From positions 2,560,001-2,624,000 of the forward strand of contig OZ242005.1 of assembly GCA_965204725.1 (NCBI GenBank): a stretch of 64,000 bases of DNA, written 5' to 3'. Within the stretch, counting starts at the first letter, position 1, and the number at the start of each line of letters is the position of its first letter. The notes under the pieces are model-generated. The model was not told the DNA's origin, made no database searches, and saw only the letters and a program-made list of their open reading frames with translations. The DNA comes from Candidatus Latescibacterota bacterium (GTDB lineage: Bacteria > Latescibacterota > UBA2968 > UBA8231). The position numbers and the translations under genes are program-made. Of the stretch, positions 1 to 9,339 are shown in pieces.

Positions 1-160
1 TTTTTGTGGTTGAGGGGGCGTGTTAAAGGCTCTGTCCAAATGGACGGGGCTTTTTTGTGTCTTAGGTCTTTTTTCAAAAAAGAGGACGGCATTTCTGTTT
101 TTTGGGCTGCTTTTTCGTATTTCTCTCAGTATAGCTTTTTTAGTGCTCTCACCAAGGAGG

Positions 161-508
161 ATGACGATGACGATGAAAACGCCTCGATTAGATAAGGCCA
201 TCGCCCATCTCGACCGCAAGGCGCGTTTTTGGGGTGCTTTGCAGCGGGAGGTGGCGGTGGAGCCGTTGCCGGGCTTGTCGGCGGCTGATATGCCTGCGCG
301 CCAGTATTGTCAGCGGCACAAGGATTCGGATGGGGCGTACTGGCATTTACACGAATCGCTTTTGACGGCGGTGCTCATGGATATACTGGAGCACTCGCCT
401 CAAGGATTAGACGAGCGGACCTTGAGTACTCGCAGTCGGGTTATTTTGCAGGCTCGCTTGGGGTTGACGGATGCGTTTGTGAACTGTCCGATGCCGGGGT
501 CTGGTTGA
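161..508 (+). CDS. Hypothetical protein
   Basis: AAGGAGG directly before ATG at 161 (further in-frame ATGs at 167 and 173); ORF MTMTMKTPRLDK...; no recognisable motif. Confidence 0.5.
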   Translation: MTMTMKTPRLDKAIAHLDRKARFWGALQREVAVEPLPGLSAADMPARQYCQRHKDSDGAYWHLHESLLTAVLMDILEHSPQGLDERTLSTRSRVILQARLGLTDAFVNCPMPGSG

Positions 509-817
509 TGGCGAGTTATTGGGCGGTGGCACGGAAGGTGCATAGTACGGGCGGTTCGAGTTCGAGTTCGGGGGGCACGGAACCGACACGGGTGGACGAT
601 CACGCGCCGCAGCTTCGGCGCGGGCGGCGCGTCATGCGTTGCTGTTGCGTTGGGCGGATGGTTCGGGGTGAGGCGCGGCGTTGGGGTTTGGCGGTCTGGT
701 CTCTGATCCAGTAATCGTTGAGTGCGGCCGCGGTCAATGGGGGGCCGCAATCGGGGTTGGCGCGTGATCGTTCAGCGGGCCGGATTGTGTGAATTGTGCG
801 TATTTGAGCGGCGTTCT

Positions 818-1102
818 ATGAAGGCTGTCTTGTTCTTGCTATTCGCCTTGCTCCCGTTCTCAGCCCCTATGCAAGCGCATGGGGCGACGATTGAGGAGAC
901 ACTGGCCTTGTGCCGTGCGAAGGGGGCGGCGGAGCGGTTGGCTTGCTATGGCGAGTTGGCGCGGGCGGCGGCTGAGGGTGTTTCGCTGCCGTCGTTGCCG
1001 GACGCGGGTATAGGCAAATGGATACTTGACCAAGAGTTGGACCCGATTGATGACACGCTGAACATATTCGCTATATTTGGTTCGCGTATCGTCCATCCGT
1101 AA
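818..1102 (+). pseudogene. Secreted protein, probably truncated (reminiscent of T6SS-associated VasI/TagO N-terminus)
   Basis: Signal peptide MKAVLFLLFALLPFSAPMQAHG, C-x9-RLACY motif and W...DPIDD; stops 15 bp before the Rpn gene. Confidence 0.4.
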
Positions 1103-1117
1103 TCCCAAGGTGCTGCA

Positions 1118-2101
1118 ATGGCCGAATACGATACCATTTCCAAACACCTGATCCAAACCTACCCCGACGACTTCGTCCGCTTCACCCTCCAACGCGACGA
1201 TGTGGCGGTCTGCGAAGTCCTAGACCCGGTGCAACCCACCGTTGAATCCCACCAAACCGATAGCCTCCTGCTCGTCCAGATCGCCGGCGAGGAGGCGTTG
1301 GTGCATCACGAATTCCAAACCACCGACCACCCGCTCATGCCGCTCCGCATGGCCAGCTATATCATCCGCGCCATTGAGCACCATCGCCAGCCGGTCTATT
1401 CCAGCGTGATCTACCTGCGGCCTGATGCCGGTCGGCGCGATCCGGGCTACTACGCCCAAGACCTGCCCGGCCACCGCATCTTGGTACAATACAAGGTCCT
1501 TCGGTTGAGCGAGATCGACGGGCAAGCGCTGGTCCAAGGCGGTCCGTCGGGCTTGCTTCCGTTCACGCCCTTGATGAAGCCGCCAGCGGGCATGGCCGCG
1601 GAAGCGTGGTTGCGCCAGTGCATTCAGGCGACCCAAGCCGTGCCGTTGGACCCGGCGGTCAAGGTTGACTTTTTGGGCGGCTTGGCGATACTGAGTGGGT
1701 TAGCGTACGAGTGGACCACCATTCAACGTATTATTTCTCAGGAGGGTCTTATGGACACGATCATGCGCGAATCATCCTTTGCCCAATACCTCACCCAACA
1801 GGGCCTTGAGCAGGGCATTAAGCAGGGCCTTGAGCAGGGCCTTGAACAGGGCCTTGAGCAGGGCCTTGAACAGGGTATTGAGCAGGGCCTTGAGCAGGGC
1901 CTTGAGCAGGGAGGCCGACAACGCGCCATTGAAGATATTCTTGACGTGTTGGAGATTCGCTTTGGGCCGGCCTCCGCCCATTCATTGGCCGCCCGCATTG
2001 CCGCGCTGGACGATTTGCACCGGCTCAAGCAGTTGCATCGCACAGCGGTGCAAGCCGCCGATCTGGCGACCTTTCAGCGGCACTTGGATAGCACCGAGTG
2101 A
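1118..2101 (+). CDS. Rpn family recombination-promoting nuclease/putative transposase (PD-(D/E)XK)
   Basis: YDTISKHLI start, DSLLLV...HHEFQT PD-(D/E)XK-like core, MPLRMASY, GLEQ repeats, C-terminal LEIRFG domain. Confidence 0.88.
   Translation: MAEYDTISKHLIQTYPDDFVRFTLQRDDVAVCEVLDPVQPTVESHQTDSLLLVQIAGEEALVHHEFQTTDHPLMPLRMASYIIRAIEHHRQPVYSSVIYLRPDAGRRDPGYYAQDLPGHRILVQYKVLRLSEIDGQALVQGGPSGLLPFTPLMKPPAGMAAEAWLRQCIQATQAVPLDPAVKVDFLGGLAILSGLAYEWTTIQRIISQEGLMDTIMRESSFAQYLTQQGLEQGIKQGLEQGLEQGLEQGLEQGIEQGLEQGLEQGGRQRAIEDILDVLEIRFGPASAHSLAARIAALDDLHRLKQLHRTAVQAADLATFQRHLDSTE
1800..1910 (+). repeat. 12-bp tandem repeat (GGGCCTTGAGCA-like, about 9 copies) encoding GLEQ/GIEQ
   Basis: Directly visible tandem repeat inside the Rpn gene. 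Confidence 0.95.
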
Positions 2102-2152
2102 CGCGAGGGGGCACAACACACCTCATTTTCAGAATAAGCAAAAGGAGGAAGA

Positions 2153-2386
2153 ATGCCTTCCATTTCAAAGAGTAAATTGAAAGCCAATATGCTGCGCATC
2201 TTTCGCGATATTGAAGAAACAGGCGAAGAATGGGTCGTCACCGATCACAATCGCCCGGTCTTGCGCATTCAGCCGATTGGGCAAAAAAAGACTGTGGAAG
2301 AGGTATTCGGAGCGATTCAGGGCAAAGTCATCTATCGCGAAGACATCAATGCGCCGACCACCGCCGAATGGGGCATGCTGTCGTGA
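2153..2386 (+). CDS. Phd/YefM family antitoxin
   Basis: ISKSKLKANMLRIFRDIEETGEEWVVTDHNRPV pattern; AAGGAGG RBS; GTGA overlap with PIN fragment. Confidence 0.85.
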   Translation: MPSISKSKLKANMLRIFRDIEETGEEWVVTDHNRPVLRIQPIGQKKTVEEVFGAIQGKVIYREDINAPTTAEWGMLS

Positions 2387-2523
2387 TCGTCTTGGACACT
2401 TCAGCCCTCGTATTCTGGACCCTAGATCGGGATCGACTATCGCAAACCGCAGCACGAGCCATCGCAGACGCCGACCGCATTGCCCTTAGTTCCAATCAAC
2501 CCGCCATACCCACTCTGATATAA
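2383..2523 (+). pseudogene. Truncated PIN/VapC toxin
   Basis: GTG start, MIVLDTSALVFW...RLSQTAARAI typical PIN N-terminus; only about 46 aa before stop. Confidence 0.8.
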
Positions 2524-2675
2524 TCCGACGCATTGTCGAGCAGCTTTTCGCGGTTTTCGTAATAGTGCTTCGCCTGCATCAAGGACCGGGAGGGCCTCGC
2601 GGCGATTGTCGAGCACATTCTCAGGGCGTGGGCGACGGCCATCTGTCGGGGGTGAGCCACACCTATCCGCTTGGG

Positions 2676-3089
2676 TCAGCCGATCACCCCGAACGCGAAA
2701 TACCGGCGGCCACGTCTAATGCGATAGATGGCGAAATCCTTGCGATCAACAGTGAAAATCGTCCGCAGGTTGCGGCTTTCCGCCACGGCGACGAGCGAGG
2801 CATCGGCGAGGTCCATTGGCGCATCGCGGTATTGAACCATGAGTTCAAGAGCGCGTCTGAGTAGTTGATCATCGAGGAAGAGTACCTCAATGCCACCGCC
2901 GGTAATAAAGTCTATTAGGCACTGCGTCCCGATACTCCCCGGCTGCAATAAGTGAACGGCCTCGGTCAGGACGGGGAGCGTCGTACCTATCGGTTCGGAA
3001 ATGGCCTTGAGCACCTCAATGCACCTTGCATGTGCCTCGTCTCTGGGATCAAACAGGGCGACCAGCGGGCCGGTGTCCACTAGAATCAC
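2676..3089 (-). CDS. PIN domain (VapC) toxin
   Basis: MILVDTGPLVAL, VLTEAVHLL, MDLADASLVA, IFTVDRKDF. Confidence 0.92.
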   Translation of the reverse strand: MILVDTGPLVALFDPRDEAHARCIEVLKAISEPIGTTLPVLTEAVHLLQPGSIGTQCLIDFITGGGIEVLFLDDQLLRRALELMVQYRDAPMDLADASLVAVAESRNLRTIFTVDRKDFAIYRIRRGRRYFAFGVIG

Positions 3090-3349
3090 TGCCGATGTTT
3101 CTTTCTAATGGCCTCGGTCGTGGCCTTCTTGGCACTCTTGGCCGAGGCAATGGCATAGCCACCCGGTCCCAAATCGAGACGGCTAAAGACTTGGTATGGC
3201 GTTTCGGCGGTTGGCACCTTGGGAGACAACGCCGCATACGCTTGGAGGCCGCGCTTGAGCACCTCTGAGATGGAAAGGCCGGTCTGGTTGCACAAGACGG
3301 ACAAGGTAGCTTCGGCATCGTCGTCGAGTTGGATCGTTCTAGTACCCAT
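3086..3349 (-). CDS. RHH/CopG-type antitoxin
   Basis: MGTRTIQLDDD...LSISEVLKRGL; 4-bp overlap with PIN toxin. Confidence 0.8.
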   Translation of the reverse strand: MGTRTIQLDDDAEATLSVLCNQTGLSISEVLKRGLQAYAALSPKVPTAETPYQVFSRLDLGPGGYAIASAKSAKKATTEAIRKKHRQ

Positions 3350-3443
3350 CGGAAACTCCCATTGTTGGCTGTAAAACCGTTTTTGAAGTTTGTGTAATAG
3401 CATTCCTCTTGATGTTTTCCTTTTCAAAGATAGACGCATCTTC

Positions 3444-4619
3444 TCAATGGTGAAAAAGCCGCACCCCCGAATGAATCATGAGCATTCCGTATTCGTCTGC
3501 TGCCTCAATTACCCGATCGTCCCGCGTTGACCCACCAGCTTGGACCAAGTACTCAACGCCTGAACGCTGCGCCCGGTCGATGTTGTCGCGGAAGGGGAAA
3601 AAGGCGTCTGAACTCAGCACTACGCCTTGGAGGCGGTCCAGCCACGCCCGTTTCTCTGCGGCGCTGAGCCGTTCTGGAACCGCACGGAAATTGGCTTCCC
3701 AAGCCCGGAGTTCGGCTGGGGTGACGTCGTCTTGCAGATAGATGTCGATGGCGTTGATTTTTTCCGGGCGCTTGAGGCCCTTGGCGAATTTCATGCCCAA
3801 CACTTTGGGGTGTAGGCGCAGATACCAATTGTCGGCCTTGGCGCAGGCCAAGCGCACGCAGTGGATGCGCGACTGCTGGCCGGCGCCGATGCCGATGACT
3901 TGGCCGTCGCGAGCTAGACACACCGAGTTGGATTGGGTGTACTTGAGGGCGATGGTCGCCACCGTTAGGTCGCGACGCGCACTCGCCGGCAAGTTTTTGC
4001 GGGCCGTGACGATGGGGCGGAAAAAGGCGTCGTCGGGAATAAAATCGTTGCGTTGTTGCGCGAGTTGGACGCCGAATATCTGACGTTGCTCGGTCGCCTT
4101 CGGCGCGTAGTCTGGGTCAATTTGCAGGATGCGGTACTGACCGCCCTTTTTCTTTTTTAGAATCGCTAAGGCCTCCCGCTCGTAGCCCGGGGCGATGATC
4201 CCATCGGAAACCTCAGCGCGGATGAGCTCGGCCGTAGGGACATCGACCACGTCGCTCAGGGCGATCCAGTCGCCAAAGGAGGCGAGGCGGTCGGCACCGC
4301 GCGCCCGGGCGTATGCTGTGGCCAGCGGGCTGAGGGCGCGGTTGGCGACGAAGTAGGACGCGCTCAGGGCCTCGTCGAGCGGTGCCGCCACGGCCGCACC
4401 CGCCGGAGAGACGTGTTTGAACGAAGCGGCCGCCGGCCGGCCGAGGGCGCGCTTGAGGTCGCGGACGAGCTGCCAAGCGTTGAGCGCGTCCATGAGATTG
4501 ATGTAGCTGGGGGCGTCGTTGAGCGGCTCGATGGGCAGGGCGCGGCCATCGGCCATGAAGCAGCGGGCCGCTGCTTGGTGGGGGTTGCATCCGTAGCGCA
4601 TGTCGATTGTAGCGGGCAC
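3444..4619 (-). CDS. purH: AICAR transformylase (PurH C-terminal domain only)
   Basis: [53 protein letters not shown]; no IMP cyclohydrolase N-terminal domain. Confidence 0.9.
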   Translation of the reverse strand: MPATIDMRYGCNPHQAAARCFMADGRALPIEPLNDAPSYINLMDALNAWQLVRDLKRALGRPAAASFKHVSPAGAAVAAPLDEALSASYFVANRALSPLATAYARARGADRLASFGDWIALSDVVDVPTAELIRAEVSDGIIAPGYEREALAILKKKKGGQYRILQIDPDYAPKATEQRQIFGVQLAQQRNDFIPDDAFFRPIVTARKNLPASARRDLTVATIALKYTQSNSVCLARDGQVIGIGAGQQSRIHCVRLACAKADNWYLRLHPKVLGMKFAKGLKRPEKINAIDIYLQDDVTPAELRAWEANFRAVPERLSAAEKRAWLDRLQGVVLSSDAFFPFRDNIDRAQRSGVEYLVQAGGSTRDDRVIEAADEYGMLMIHSGVRLFHH

Positions 4620-4740
4620 AGTTTCTCCCCGACGAGATCATTTGACAAAGGTTGGGGTGGCATATTATGTTCGGCAATCGCGGCGAAAAGACAATCGCCA
4701 ATCCACTCCCTTTTGACAAGCAAGGCGAGGTAAAGCGACC

Positions 4741-5775
4741 ATGTTCAAAGGTTGTAGCACAGCCCTAGTGACGCCCATGAGCGCAGACGGCAGCATTGAC
4801 TACGGCGGCTTGGAGCAACTCGTGGAATTCCAAATTGCCAACAACATCCAAGCCGTGCTCGCGGTCGGCACGACCGGCGAAAGCCCGACCCTGTTGTGGG
4901 AGGAGCACAACGAAGTCATCGACCGCACGGTCGCGCTGGCCAAAGGCCGCACCCTAGCCATTGCCGGCACGGGCAGCAACTCCACCAAGGAGACCTTGGC
5001 CGGCAGCGAGCACGCCGCCCACATTGGCGCGGACGCCGTGCTTTTGGTCGATCCCTACTACAATGGCCCCAGCTCCTTGGAGATTCGGCGCGAATACATC
5101 GAGCCGGTGGCACGCGCTTTTCCCAATTTGCAGATCATTCCCTATGTCATCCCCGGGCGCACCGGCTGCATGATGCAGGTGGAGGATTTGGCCATCCTCG
5201 CCCACCAATACCCCAACGTGGCCCAAGTCAAAGAGGCGACCGGCGACTTGGACAACATGGCCAAGACGCGCCGGCTCTGCGGCGACGATTTTACCATCCT
5301 CTCGGGCGACGACGACAAGACTGTGGCGATGATGAAGAGCGAGGACATCCGGGCCGCGGGCGTGATCTCGGTGATGTCCAACGTCATTCCGGGTCCCATC
5401 CAGCGGCTCACCGAGCTGCTCAACGCCGGTCGAGAGGACGAGGCCGATGGTTTGGCTGAAAAACTGGCACCGCTTTTTGGCATCGTCGGCGTTACGACCA
5501 CGGAGCAAAGCATGTACGGCCCGGTCGAGTGCAAGGCGCGCAACCCCGTGCCGATTAAGACGCTGATGAATATCCTCGGCATGCCGGCCGGGCCAGTGCG
5601 GCAGCCGCTGGGCAAGATGACAGCCACGGGCGCGCAAACGGTGCTGGAGGCCGCGCGCCAAGTACACGCAAACGACCCAACGGCTTTCGCGCCGGTCGCC
5701 GAGTTCTTCGGGGTGGATGTGGAAGCGCGTCTGCACGACGCCTCGCTGGTCGAGCGCGTATATCCATCGTATTAA
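4741..5775 (+). CDS. dapA: 4-hydroxy-tetrahydrodipicolinate synthase
   Basis: TALVTPM, GTTGESPTL, AGTGSNST, PYYN, VKEATG, ILSGDD. Confidence 0.95.
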   Translation: MFKGCSTALVTPMSADGSIDYGGLEQLVEFQIANNIQAVLAVGTTGESPTLLWEEHNEVIDRTVALAKGRTLAIAGTGSNSTKETLAGSEHAAHIGADAVLLVDPYYNGPSSLEIRREYIEPVARAFPNLQIIPYVIPGRTGCMMQVEDLAILAHQYPNVAQVKEATGDLDNMAKTRRLCGDDFTILSGDDDKTVAMMKSEDIRAAGVISVMSNVIPGPIQRLTELLNAGREDEADGLAEKLAPLFGIVGVTTTEQSMYGPVECKARNPVPIKTLMNILGMPAGPVRQPLGKMTATGAQTVLEAARQVHANDPTAFAPVAEFFGVDVEARLHDASLVERVYPSY

Positions 5776-5789
5776 CCGAGGCTAGCGCG

Positions 5790-6593
5790 ATGACTAAAAT
5801 CGTACTCTGCGGAGTGGCCGGGCGCATGGGCCAGCGGCTGGCTCACTTGACGTTGGCGGCCCCTGATTTGGAGCTATGCGGCGGCAAGGAACACCCGGCT
5901 CACGAGGCTGTGGGGCGCGACATCGGCGAAGTGGTCGGCACCCGGCACCTCGATTTGCCCATCAGCGACACGCTGGCGGGCATCGTCGAGCCGGACCGAG
6001 TAGTAATCAATTTTACGACCCCGGAGGCGACCCTTGAAGACGCGGCTCTCTGCGCGGTGCGCGGGGTGCCCATGGTGGTCGGGACCACGGGTTTTAACCC
6101 GGAGCAACTCGCGGAATTCAAGCGCACGGTAGCAGACACTACCTGCGTGTTTGCGTCGAATTTTAGCACCGCCATGAACGTGCTCTTCAAGCTGGTCGAA
6201 GAGGCCGCCCGGATCTTGGGCGACGACTACGATGTGGAAATCATTGAAGCGCATCACCGGCACAAGGTCGATGCGCCCTCTGGGTCGGCGCTGACGCTGG
6301 CTGAGCGGGCGGCGGGCGGGTTGGGTCGCACCTTGCGCGAGGTGGCCGTACACGGGCGGTCGGGCGTGGTCGGCGAGCGTTCTCGCCAAGAGATTGGCCT
6401 ACACGCGGTCCGCGCTGGCGACTTGGCGGGCGAACACTCAGTGCTCTGCGCGGCCCCGGGCGAATGCCTAGAGCTGCGGCACCGCGCCACGAGCCGCGAC
6501 TGCTTTGCCTTGGGCGCGTTGCGCGCCGCTCGTTTTGCCGCGCAGGCCGCGCCGGGGATGTACTCGATGGGAGATGTGTTGGGGCTGGGTTGA
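5790..6593 (+). CDS. dapB: 4-hydroxy-tetrahydrodipicolinate reductase
   Basis: GVAGRMG, VVGTTGF, EAHHRHKVDAPSGSA, HAVRAGD, HRATSR. Confidence 0.95.
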   Translation: MTKIVLCGVAGRMGQRLAHLTLAAPDLELCGGKEHPAHEAVGRDIGEVVGTRHLDLPISDTLAGIVEPDRVVINFTTPEATLEDAALCAVRGVPMVVGTTGFNPEQLAEFKRTVADTTCVFASNFSTAMNVLFKLVEEAARILGDDYDVEIIEAHHRHKVDAPSGSALTLAERAAGGLGRTLREVAVHGRSGVVGERSRQEIGLHAVRAGDLAGEHSVLCAAPGECLELRHRATSRDCFALGALRAARFAAQAAPGMYSMGDVLGLG

Positions 6594-6597
6594 TCGC

Positions 6598-7365
6598 TCA
6601 GCGCTGGGGGCGGAGGAGATGCTGAGGCCCTGGCCACAGGGTCTGAATTTTGTCGCGGAGCCGCGCGGCTTCCTCAAAGTTTTCCGCCTCCACGGCCACC
6701 TGTAAGTCGCGCTCTAATTGCTCGCGCCGCGACAGCGGCCGCTCCTGCTCTAATTCCTCGTACCACTCGCGCAAAAAGGAAATCTCGGGCAAGTCCTCGT
6801 CTGGCTCGGATTCCCATTCCTCGACAAAGCCCTCAATGTGGGCAATGCCTTCTTCCACGGCGTGCATGGCCGCTGGATAGTCGTCGTTTTGCAGGGCTAG
6901 CATGGCGTGCGCCCGGGTCTGCATCATAACCGCGTGTGGATAGTACTGCTCAAAGTACCAGCGGATCTCGTCGTTGGGCGAATGCAGATCGACCAATTCA
7001 AAAATCTGTAGCGTGTGCTCGGTATCGGCGATGACCCCTTCGTAGTCCTCTAGGTTGAACAGACTTAAATAGCGGTGATAGTACTGCCAAGCCTCTTGGA
7101 AGAGTTCTTCACACTCTCCCTCCTTTAGCGCGAAGCCTTGCGGGGTGCCGCGTGATTCGATGAGTTCTTGGTAGTAGTCAAGCAGCGAGGGGCAACCGTG
7201 CGGTTGTTGGCCGTCGGGACGACCATCCAATTCGAGCTGAAGGAGCCCCATGTCAATGCGGATTTGAAGTTTTTCCTCGCCCTTGCTGGTGCGGATGCGC
7301 CGGGCGAGAAATTCGTCGGGCTTGAACTCCCAACCGTTGAGCAAGTCGCCGATATCGTAATTCAT
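6598..7365 (-). CDS. UvrB/UvrC-motif protein
   Basis: QIRIDMGLLQLELDGRPDG; C-terminal AVEAENFEEAARLRDKI UVR motif. Confidence 0.8.
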   Translation of the reverse strand: MNYDIGDLLNGWEFKPDEFLARRIRTSKGEEKLQIRIDMGLLQLELDGRPDGQQPHGCPSLLDYYQELIESRGTPQGFALKEGECEELFQEAWQYYHRYLSLFNLEDYEGVIADTEHTLQIFELVDLHSPNDEIRWYFEQYYPHAVMMQTRAHAMLALQNDDYPAAMHAVEEGIAHIEGFVEEWESEPDEDLPEISFLREWYEELEQERPLSRREQLERDLQVAVEAENFEEAARLRDKIQTLWPGPQHLLRPQR

Positions 7366-7559
7366 GGGCGCGCTCTCTGCGAAAATAGAATGAAGAAACC
7401 AGCCCCAAGGAGGTTGGGGAACGCAGGGGACAATATACGGCAGAACTGGGTACTGCGCTACTAGCACCGCCATTAATATATAATATACGAAAAAAGAAAG
7501 AGAGTGTCCAGTAAATTTATTTAAGTGGAATATAAATAACAGGTTATAAAAATTTTATC

Positions 7560-7588
7560 TTGACACTGACTGCCGTCTAATCTACCTT
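7560..7588 (+). promoter_or_regulatory. Sigma70-like promoter in an AT-rich intergenic region
   Basis: TTGACA-17bp-TACCTT upstream of AGGAGG/ATG at 7638. Confidence 0.55.
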
Positions 7589-7637
7589 AAAACCGCCCCC
7601 AATTTCCAACTCATTCCATATACCTACAGGAGGACCG

Positions 7638-8396
7638 ATGTCCCAGCACGAGCACAATGCGCTGCAAGTGCAGGGCGACCGAGTGGTGCTAGGGGAGTGG
7701 TCGGGCGATCTGGAGGAATTGATTGCCAAGAACGTCGCCTTGCGTCAGATGCTGCGCGAAGGGCGCGCCGACGAGGCCCATGCGCTGCTCAAGGCGCAGG
7801 TGGTTGAGGAACAAGCCGCGTTGGTGGCTATAGACGAAAACCCCGAGGAGGTACTCTCCCTGACCGGCATGGACGCCAAAGGCCGCCCGGGGTACTTGCC
7901 CGCCGTCGTCGATAAGCTGCCGTCGGAGATCATCGCCGAGTTAGTCGCCCCCAGCGAGTACAAGCTGGCGCGGTTCAACACCGCGCTTTTGCAAACCATG
8001 TCGGCGGAGTCGTTTGCCCGCGCCGTAGAGGACGCGCTCGACCCAATTTATTACCACGGCAACCGCACTCAGGTATCGTGGGAATGGCTCGAAGCGGTTG
8101 CCGCGCTCGACGATCACAACAAGCGCGCCGCGCTCTTGTACAAGGTGGACCAGAGCCTGTTAGAGGAAGCCTTCCTCGACAAGGTCGATGGCATCGACAT
8201 GCATGCCCAAGTCGGAATCGAGAAACCCGTTTCGGCTTTTCGCCTGTTGTCGGAATCGGGCCAAGCCGTGGTGTTGCCGCCGATCGGCGACCCAGAGATC
8301 GCCGAGGTCATCCACGCCTTGCACCAAGCCGCGCCCGACCTGCTGGCAGCGGTGCTGCGCGCCGCTTGGGAACGAGCCAGCCGAGGGGCGTCGTGA
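7638..8396 (+). CDS. Hypothetical alpha-helical protein
   Basis: AGGAGG RBS; 252-aa ORF; GTGA overlap with the next gene. Confidence 0.75.
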   Translation: MSQHEHNALQVQGDRVVLGEWSGDLEELIAKNVALRQMLREGRADEAHALLKAQVVEEQAALVAIDENPEEVLSLTGMDAKGRPGYLPAVVDKLPSEIIAELVAPSEYKLARFNTALLQTMSAESFARAVEDALDPIYYHGNRTQVSWEWLEAVAALDDHNKRAALLYKVDQSLLEEAFLDKVDGIDMHAQVGIEKPVSAFRLLSESGQAVVLPPIGDPEIAEVIHALHQAAPDLLAAVLRAAWERASRGAS

Positions 8397-9289
8397 GCCA
8401 GCTAGCGCACGTCGATCTCAACCAAGTCCCACTCGACCGCCATAGTTTCATCGGCCAAGCGGTCGCGGCCGGCCTCGAATACGAGCAGTTGCCGCCGCAC
8501 TTTATGGATTCGCTGCGGGCTTACCTGCGGATTCGCGGGTTGGGCTTTGCCCAGCGCCAGCGCACGGGCATCGCCCTCGGCCGCGACCTGTTGCGCCAAG
8601 GCATGGAGCGGGGCTTGGCCTGCATGGACTTGGCGCTAGAAGAAGCAAGCGGCGGCGACCTCAACGCAGCCGTCGCCCAGCTCAAGAGCGACCCATTTGA
8701 CGCGCTCTACAAGCGGGGTTGGGAGTGCGCTTTCCAGTGCTTAAAGGCGATGCGCCAGCAGGCCCGCGCCTTGGTCGGCTGTCCCGAGCTGGGCTTCTGG
8801 CCCGAGCTACAGCCCAAAGTCGCGGTCTGGGCGCAGCTCGTCCCGGAGACTTGGGCCGGCCCCAGCGTCATCGACCTGCGTACCGACGGCCAGACGCTGC
8901 AAGAGCTAGCTGGCAAAGTGGCCTTTGTCCGCTCGTTGCCCAAGCCATCGGTCGCCGCTTTGCTCGAGCAGGTCGGGGTGGATTTCGCCGGGGTGCTACA
9001 CCGCGTCGTTTTGGCGTTGGCGTTGGGACGGACCGAGCTCGTGGCCAGCGAGGCGCACGTGGCGCGCTTTCGCGCCGAGTGCTTTGCCGCGGGGAGGCTG
9101 CGTCCGCAGGTGCGTCGGCAGGTGTTGGAGCAGGTCGCCGGGCACTTGGAGAACGAGGTAGAAGCCCCGGCGGTCCGGGCCAAAATTGCCGCTGAGTTGG
9201 GCACGGAAATCGCCGTGCTAGAGCGGGCCGCGGTGCGCGACGACCTAGCGGCGTTCTTTTTGTCGCCTTTTTCCGCTCGGGGAATTTGA
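8393..9289 (+). CDS. Hypothetical protein (reminiscent of DUF6179-like)
   Basis: GTG start overlapping the upstream stop; LALEEASGGDLNAAVAQL...LYKRGW pattern. Confidence 0.65.
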   Translation: MSQLAHVDLNQVPLDRHSFIGQAVAAGLEYEQLPPHFMDSLRAYLRIRGLGFAQRQRTGIALGRDLLRQGMERGLACMDLALEEASGGDLNAAVAQLKSDPFDALYKRGWECAFQCLKAMRQQARALVGCPELGFWPELQPKVAVWAQLVPETWAGPSVIDLRTDGQTLQELAGKVAFVRSLPKPSVAALLEQVGVDFAGVLHRVVLALALGRTELVASEAHVARFRAECFAAGRLRPQVRRQVLEQVAGHLENEVEAPAVRAKIAAELGTEIAVLERAAVRDDLAAFFLSPFSARGI

Positions 9290-9339
9290 GTAGCTTTGCA
9301 AGTCTACTTCCCATGCACTCCCACCTTCTCCGAGGTCTT

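Noticed and set aside
553-576. GGTTCGAGTTCGAGTTCG resembling a tRNA T-arm
   Set aside because: Short 6-bp tandem repeat with no cloverleaf
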